Both the position numbers and the translations under genes were made by a program. Below, one piece after another: positions 57,724 through 64,000 of a stretch of DNA of 64,000 bases. Origin of the DNA: Pseudomonadota bacterium (GTDB lineage Bacteria; Pseudomonadota; Alphaproteobacteria; Rhodobacterales; Rhodobacteraceae); assembly GCA_039821425.1 (NCBI GenBank), contig JBCBOD010000006.1, forward strand, positions 302 through 64,301, in the 5' to 3' direction. Within the stretch, counting starts at the first letter, position 1. Each line of letters starts with the position of its first letter. The notes under the pieces were generated by a model, which was not told the DNA's origin, did no database searches, and saw only the letters and a program-made list of their open reading frames with translations.

Positions 57724-58601
57724 GGGTCTGCCGGTTCTGGTTTCTTCTTCGGCTTTTCGGGAGGTGGGGTGGCGTCCCCATAAACCACAAAGGGACGCTC
57801 ATCGTCCGTAATGACGCGAACCTCACGTGTATCGTCGTCATCATGCAGGTCCTCGCCGCCAAGGACGAAGTGGCGCAGCACACCGCCGAAAGCTTTTTCG
57901 AGGTTGGCGTGGGTGAACGTCTCTTCGGTCAGCCCATGGGCCAGCACGGTGCCTTTGACAAGGATTGTGCGGTCGCAGAATTCGGGGACAGAGCCGAGGT
58001 TGTGGGTGGAAACAAGGATCACCCGCCCCTCATCCCGCAGGTCGCGCAGAAGGGCGATGATGGCATCTTCCGTCTTCACATCGACGCCGGTGAACGGTTC
58101 ATCAAGCAGGATCACCTGCCCCTCTTGCGCGAGGGCCCGGGCGAGAAACACACGCTTGCGCTGCCCGCCCGAAAGCTCACCAATCTGGCGGTGCCGGTAG
58201 TCTGTCATGTTCACACGGTCGAGGGCTGCTGTCACAGCGGCATGGTCCGCAGCACGCGGGCGGCGGAAGAAGCCCATATGCCCGTAACGTCCCATCATCA
58301 CCACGTCTTCGACGAGGACGGGAAAGGACCAGTCCACCTCTTCCGATTGCGGGACATAGGCGACCGTATTGTTGCGAAGCGCTTCTGCCACCGGGCGGCC
58401 CAGCACGCTGATACTACCCGCCGCCGCAGGGACAAAGCCCATGATCGCCTTGAAAAGGGTGGATTTCCCGGCCCCGTTCACCCCCACCAGTGCGGTGATC
58501 GTGCCGGTGGGGATGGCAAAGCTGGTATCATGCAAGGCGGTGTGCCCATTGCGATAGGTCACCGTCACATGTTCGGCGATGATGCCAGCCGGTGCGTTCA
58601 T
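57720..58601 (-). CDS. sitB: Mn/Fe ABC transporter ATP-binding protein
   Basis: ORF 57720..58772 trimmed to the ATG at 58601, which overlaps the sitA stop. Walker [10 protein letters not shown], signature LSGGQRKR. Acidic/Pro-Lys C-terminal tail. Confidence 0.82.
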   Translation of the reverse strand: MNAPAGIIAEHVTVTYRNGHTALHDTSFAIPTGTITALVGVNGAGKSTLFKAIMGFVPAAAGSISVLGRPVAEALRNNTVAYVPQSEEVDWSFPVLVEDVVMMGRYGHMGFFRRPRAADHAAVTAALDRVNMTDYRHRQIGELSGGQRKRVFLARALAQEGQVILLDEPFTGVDVKTEDAIIALLRDLRDEGRVILVSTHNLGSVPEFCDRTILVKGTVLAHGLTEETFTHANLEKAFGGVLRHFVLGGEDLHDDDDTREVRVITDDERPFVVYGDATPPPEKPKKKPEPADP

Positions 58602-59494
58602 TCGGTCAATCCTGCCACAATCGTTTCCGTCGTCACGCGCAGCAGGTCGAGGTAGGTTGGCACCGGGCCATCCGCCTCTGTCAGGCTGTCGACGTAAAGC
58701 ACGCCGGAATACTCCGCATCCGTTTCCCGTGCGATCTGCTCGGCGGGTGCTTGGCTCACCGTGCTTTCGCAAAAGACAGCCGGAATGTTGTTGTCACGGA
58801 CGGTGTCGATCACGCGGCGCACTTGCTGCGGCGTGCCTTGCGAGTCCGCGTTCATCGGCCAGATGTAGAGTTCCTGCATCTCGAAATCGCGGGCGAGATA
58901 GCTGAAAGCGCCTTCGCAGCTCACCAGCCAGCGCTGATCGGCTGGCACGGCAAGGATCGCCTCGCGCAGCGGCGCGATGGCTTCGGTGATCTCCGCCTTG
59001 TAGGCTGCGGCATTGGCCCGGTACGTTTCGGCATTGTCTGGGTCGTGTTCGATGAATGCGTCGCGGATGTTGTCCACGTAGATCAGCGCGCTTTCGAGGC
59101 TCATCCAGGCATGAGGGTTGGGTTTGCCATCATAGGCACCCGACGAGATGCTCATTGGGGTGATGCCCTCTGTCAGCGTCGCACTGGGCACATCATCAAG
59201 GTTACTGAAGAACTGTTCGAACCACAATTCGAGGTTCAGACCGTTCCAGAGGATCAGGTCGGCATCCTGGGCGCGGATGATATCGCGCGGCGTCGGCTCA
59301 TAGCCATGGATCTCTGCCCCGGCGCGGGTGATGCTTTCCACGACGGCGGCGTCACCAGCCACGTTCTGCGCCATATCGGCGATTACCGTGAACGTCGTCA
59401 CGGCCTTGAATTTGTCATCCTGTGCAACTGCAGGGGCGGCCATCATCCCGAAGGCGCAGATCATCCCCAGCACATTTGTCTTCATCGTCATCAT
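58598..59494 (-). CDS. sitA: Mn/Fe ABC substrate-binding protein (cluster 9)
   Basis: Signal [31 protein letters not shown] and NPHAWMS metal-ligand motifs. Confidence 0.82.
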   Translation of the reverse strand: MMTMKTNVLGMICAFGMMAAPAVAQDDKFKAVTTFTVIADMAQNVAGDAAVVESITRAGAEIHGYEPTPRDIIRAQDADLILWNGLNLELWFEQFFSNLDDVPSATLTEGITPMSISSGAYDGKPNPHAWMSLESALIYVDNIRDAFIEHDPDNAETYRANAAAYKAEITEAIAPLREAILAVPADQRWLVSCEGAFSYLARDFEMQELYIWPMNADSQGTPQQVRRVIDTVRDNNIPAVFCESTVSQAPAEQIARETDAEYSGVLYVDSLTEADGPVPTYLDLLRVTTETIVAGLTE

Positions 59495-59533
59495 CCATCC
59501 CTTTCGATCAGCTTATGCACCGTTTTCTTGCTT

Positions 59534-59579
59534 ATGCAAATTATTCGCATTCGGAACTTAAGATGCGAACAGCTCGCAT
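59534..59579. promoter_or_regulatory. two Fur/Mur-like palindromes upstream of sitA
   Basis: ATGCAAATtATTCGCAT (59534-59550, 7/8 arms) and ATGCGAacagcTCGCAT (59563-59579, perfect 6-bp arms). A further TTATGCA half-site lies at about 59513. Confidence 0.45.
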
Positions 59580-59609
59580 CAAGGGGTGTGGACTGGCTTT
59601 TTGTCGGGA

Positions 59610-62600
59610 TTACTCGGCTGGCGCCATCGCTGTTTGCGGTGGCGCCTCGGCCTGCGGCTTGCGCAGACAAAGTCGCAAGAGTGGCGGCACTGTCAGCAGT
59701 GTCAGGAAGGCGGACATCGACAGCCCACCGACGACCACCGCACCCAACCCGCGATAAAGCTCTGACCCCTCACCGGGGAAGATCACCAGCGGCAACATTC
59801 CCAAAACGCTCGTCAGCGTCGACATAAAGATCGGGCGGATGCGGTTCCGGGTCGCTTCCTCGATGGCGTCCACAGGCGCCATATCCTCTTCGCGCAGATG
59901 GTAGAGCGACTGGTGCACGATCAGGATCGCGTTGTTCACCACGATCCCCACAAGGATCACGAAACCAAGCAGCGTCAGCATATCCATCGGCTGCGTTTGA
60001 TAGAGGTTGAGCACGGCAAGCCCCCCCACCCCGCCAGCCGCAGCGATGGGCACCGAGATCAGGATCACCAGCGGCAGCACGAAGCTCTCAAACAGGATCG
60101 CCATCACAAGAAAGACGATGATGAGCGCCACCAGCAGGTTGATCTGGATGGCGGACCAGGTCTGGCTGAGCTGATCCGCAGTACCAGACACGCTCAGGCG
60201 GATATCACTGGGGATCCCTTGCTGTTCGAGCACTGCGACCACTTCCGTCTGCAAGAGCTCCACCGCGGCCTCTAGCGGAAGATTGTCAGCGGGGCGGACC
60301 TCCAGCGTCACGGTCCGCAGCCGTTCGCGGTGGCGGATTTCTGTCGGACCCGCGGTCAGCACAACATCGGCAAGCGCGGATACAGGCACAATCTGCCCGT
60401 TCGGTGTTACCACCGGGTAATTGCCAACATCCTGGGTGCGCGCGGCCTCGCTGAGGTCCGGATCACCTTTCAGCACCAGATCCACACGTTCTGCCCCGAC
60501 GGTAATCTCTGCCACACGCAAGCCGTCATTGAAGGCATCCACCGTGGAGGCGAGCGCAGAGCTATCCAGCCCCGCATCCGCAAGCCGCAATCGGTCCGGG
60601 ATCAAGCGCACCTCTGGCGCGCCAAGCTCCAACCCCGGGATCGGGCGGAACTGATGCCCTTCGGAGCGCGGCAAAAGGCCAGAGACGATGCCCGCGGCGC
60701 GCCCCGCGACACCAAGAATCTCATTGAGGTCCTGACCGGAGACATTCAACTCAATCGCGCGGCCACCGCCCACGCCACGGCCAAAGAGCGAGGGTTGCGT
60801 GATGAATCCGAACGTTCCCGGCTCGGCAAAAATCGGGCGGCTAAGAACCGGGATCAGGTCACCGGCGCGGGCGCTGTCGGTGGCTGCCGCCCCAACGAAG
60901 GAATTGCCGGGGGTAGCGACGAAGAAGAAGCTTTCGATGGTCGGCGTGCCATCTTCGGTGGCCAGCGCCGGTGCCGCCTCCCACAAGGGTTGCGCCACGC
61001 CCTCAATCCGCTGCGCGATCGTCTCGGTTGTTTCGAGATTGTATCCCGGCGGTGGGATGATCAGACCAAACACAAGGTTGCGGTTCCCCTCGGGCAGGTA
61101 CTCCAAACGCGGCAGAAAGATATAGCTGGCAATCGCCGCGCCACCGCCAATCAGCGCCACCATCATTAGGCCAATGGCGCGGAACCGCACGGTCATGCGC
61201 ACGTAAGCCATGACCATCGCGCGGAACCCGCGGGCGAGGTGATCGATGCCCCAAAGGCCCAATGGTTTCTTGTTCTCCAAGCCCAAAAGGCGGCTGGACA
61301 AGGCAGGGATCACCGTGACCGCAACCACTAGCGACAAAAGCACGGAAACCGAAATGGCCACAGCGATATCGCGGAAAAGCTGCCCCGCCTCCAACTGCAT
61401 GATCAGGATCGGGACGAAGACCAAGACGGTGGTCAGTGCGGACACAAGGATCGCGCCCCAGACCTGTTTGGCGCCAAGATAGGCGGCTTCACGGCGCGAA
61501 TGCCCAGCCTCACGCAAGCGATAGATGTTTTCCAGAACCACGATGGCCGCATCAACGATCATGCCCACGGCAAAGGCGATGCCAGCGAGTGAGATCACGT
61601 TCAGTGTGCGCCCGGTGGCCGCCATGACAACAAACGTCGCGACGATGGAAACGGGAATGGCAAGGGAAATGATCACGACCGCGCGCGGCGACCGCTAGAA
61701 CAGCATCAGGATCAACGCGGCCAGCGCACCGCCGATGTAGATGTTCTGTGTCACGAGGTCGATGGCGCCTTCGATGTAGATCGTCTCATCATAGACCTGC
61801 TGCATGATCAGGCCCTGGGCGGCCACCGGGCCGGCCTGCAGTTCCTCCAGCACGGTGCGGAACTCCTCCATCACCGTGATCACGTTGGCCCCGGCCTCGC
61901 GCACGACGTTGAAGGCGAGGCCTGGTTCCCCTTTGAAGCGCAGCCGCGCGGTGCTTTCCTGAAAGGCGAAGGAGACATCCGCCACGTCGCCCACCCGCAC
62001 GCGCCCGGTGCCACCGTTCACAGCGGCTGAGCGCAGGACGACGTTCCGAATGGCCTCTTCCGTGTTCAGGTTGCTTTCTGTGCGCACCACATAGCGGCGC
62101 TTGCCCTCGTCCACATCACCGGCAGAAATGGAGATGTTTTCGGCCCGCATCCGCTGCACGACCTCTGGCACGGTCAGCCCGAAACGGGCAAGGCGCTGCG
62201 GGTCGACCACCACCTGCAATTCGCGCGTCACGCCACCGAAAACGTTCACCGCTGCCACACCAGGTATCCGTTCGACCCGGTCTTTCACGATGTCCTCAAG
62301 AAAATCGCCGTAAGTCGGGATCGGGCGTGTGTTGCCTTCATCCGCCGTGATCAGCACCCAGGCAATCGGGCTGTCATCCGCGCCGGAGGTGTTGAGCGTC
62401 GGCTCATTCGCCTCTGCCGGGTAGCCGCCGACGCGGTCGAGCCGGTTGGAGACGAGGAGCAGTGCCTGGCTCATATCCGTGCCAATGGCGAATTCCAGCG
62501 TGACCTCGGCCTGCCCTGTGCGCGACCGAGACGTCATGATTTCAAGACCATCGAGCCCGCGCAGCGTTTCCTCCTGCGGGTTCACGATCTCGCGCTCAAT

Positions 62601-62774
62601 CTCGGATGGCGCAGCCCCCGGCCAGTTGGTGGAGATCACGACGATGGGCTTGCGCACATCGGGCGCCAGCTGGATCGGGATTTGCGTCAGCGCCAGTGCA
62701 CCAAAGAGCACCGCCATCAGGACGGCAGCAATGACCGCAACGGGCCGGTCGATGGAAAAGCGAATAAAATCCAT
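59610..62774 (-). pseudogene. RND (AcrB/HAE1-type) efflux permease interrupted by one in-frame TAG
   Basis: The ORFs 61695..62774 (359 aa) and 59610..61676 (688 aa) are in the same frame. They are separated only by a TAG at 61697-61695 and six sense codons. Joined sequence: ...ALILMLF*RSPRAVVIISLAIPVSIVATF.... Confidence 0.8.
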
Positions 62775-63871
62775 CAGTTCGTCTCAATCGGGTTGGGATT
62801 GATCGCCTGTCCGGGGCGCAGGCGTTCGTTGCCGCGCACCACAACCAGATCGCCGGGGGCGAGGCCATCCACAACCTCGTAGCGGTCACCCAAAGGTACA
62901 CCGATAGTCACAGTGCGGGGCTGCGCCTGCCCTTCGGCAGCGACATAAACCGTCCACCCACCACGGGCCTGCACCAATGCGTCCTTCGGCACGGAAAGCA
63001 CATCGCGCGCAGCCGAGACCGGCACTTGCACGGTCAGCGATTGACCAACTGCCGCGCCGTCGATGGCGCCAGCCGCCACAGAAAAGATGACGCCGCGCGT
63101 ACGTGTTGCGGGGTCTTCAACCGGTAGAACTGCACGCAGTACCAAAGCAATCTCAGCCCCTGTTTCGGATGTCGCCATCACCGCTTGGCCGGGCGCCAGG
63201 AAGTCGGTGTAGCGGGAAGGCACGCTGGCACGCACTTCGAAAGCGTCGGTGTCCAACAGGCGCACCAGCGGCGTCCCTGCCTGAATGAAGGCACCGGGGA
63301 TCGTGCTGACCTCCAGCACGACACCTGCAAAGGGGGCTGTGATCCGGCTCTGTTCCAGCTGATAGCGCGCTTCGGCAAGGCCTGCTTCTGCACTCTTTTC
63401 ACGCGCTTCTGCTTCCACCAGTTGAGCGGCAGCCTCCAGAAAGTCGGCCTGCACGTCATCGAAACGGCCTTCGCTAAAAGAGGTCCCGCCGCGCAGGGCC
63501 TCAATCCGGTCGAGCGCGGTTTGCGCACGGTCAAGGCGGGCGCGGGCGGTTTCTATCCCCGCCGTTGCCTCATTCAGGCGTGCCTCGGCCTGTGATACTT
63601 GAATGGTAAGAAGATCGGCGTTGAGTTCGACCAGCGGATCACCGGCTGCAACGCGGTCGCCTGCCAGCACCGTGACCGCATCCACGTTGCCAGCAACGCG
63701 GCTGGCGACATTGCCATCGCGGGCGGTGATGACCTCGGCGAACACAGGCACGGTTTCCGAAAGCGCCCGCATCTCGACCTCTTGCACACCGACAGAGGCT
63801 GCGCGCCCTTGCGCGTGAGCCAACGGTACCGCCAGAGTGCTTACAAGCACGATCAATGCAACAAAGCGCAT
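62774..63871 (-). CDS. RND efflux periplasmic adaptor (MFP/HlyD family)
   Basis: Signal MRFVALIVLVSTLAVPLAHA, coiled-coil hairpin region, beta-barrel C-terminus. Its stop overlaps the RND ATG (TGATG). ATG at 63871 with AAGGGG upstream. The track uses a TTG at 63877. Confidence 0.85.
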   Translation of the reverse strand: MRFVALIVLVSTLAVPLAHAQGRAASVGVQEVEMRALSETVPVFAEVITARDGNVASRVAGNVDAVTVLAGDRVAAGDPLVELNADLLTIQVSQAEARLNEATAGIETARARLDRAQTALDRIEALRGGTSFSEGRFDDVQADFLEAAAQLVEAEAREKSAEAGLAEARYQLEQSRITAPFAGVVLEVSTIPGAFIQAGTPLVRLLDTDAFEVRASVPSRYTDFLAPGQAVMATSETGAEIALVLRAVLPVEDPATRTRGVIFSVAAGAIDGAAVGQSLTVQVPVSAARDVLSVPKDALVQARGGWTVYVAAEGQAQPRTVTIGVPLGDRYEVVDGLAPGDLVVVRGNERLRPGQAINPNPIETN

Positions 63872-64000
63872 CGCCAAACCCCTTCAGTGATTGGGGTGGA
63901 GGTAGCTTTGTTGCCGCAAAGTCAACAAACGGGGCGGGACTCAGCGCCCCGCAATCGGCCCTTTCGCGTGCAACTGCACAAGGTTTAGGATCAGGTTCTT

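Noticed and set aside
57702-59827. 317-aa and 411-aa plus-strand ORFs (57702..58655, 58592..59827)
   Set aside because: They lie antisense to sitB, sitA and the RND gene end. They are shadow frames with no motifs.
1-64000. CRISPR arrays, IS elements, transposases, integrases, prophage or gene-transfer-agent genes, rRNA
   Set aside because: I scanned for regularly spaced repeats and for the characteristic protein families in all listed ORFs. None was found.

Overview
GC-rich chromosomal segment. Gene content and order suggest an alphaproteobacterium, probably a Rhodobacterales-type marine bacterium (inference). It is almost fully coding, with about 65 protein genes and one tRNA. No rRNA, CRISPR array, IS element, transposase or integrase is visible. 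Left to right: a partial receiver-domain gene; a histidine operon (hisB-hisH ... hisA-hisF-hisE) interrupted by a transglycosylase gene and a DUF2147 gene; a Hanks-type Ser/Thr kinase; small conserved genes; an rlmB-like methyltransferase; tRNA-Tyr; urtABCDE; an eight-gene operon coupling an ABC importer to hydrolases and oxidoreductases; RidA; moaA; one strikingly AT-rich orphan ORF; a divergent peptide-type ABC plus M20/FAD-oxidase cluster; pntAB; kynureninase; a TRAP transporter; a pqiA/A/B/C envelope system; sugar-type oxidoreductases; an M19 dipeptidase homologue; a tungstate-type and a Mn/Fe-type ABC importer; and an RND efflux pair. Best candidates for something undescribed: (1) the eight-gene operon at 15471-22818, which matches no pathway I can name; (2) the compositionally foreign orphan ORF at 25058-25579; (3) an RND pump gene broken by a single in-frame TAG; (4) a Ser/Thr kinase with a coiled-coil tail behind an EcfG-type promoter match. 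CDS ends follow the ORF track; many starts were moved to internal start codons. Small hand-located sites may be off by 1-2 nt. No database search or computation was possible, so all family calls rest on motifs read from the translations.
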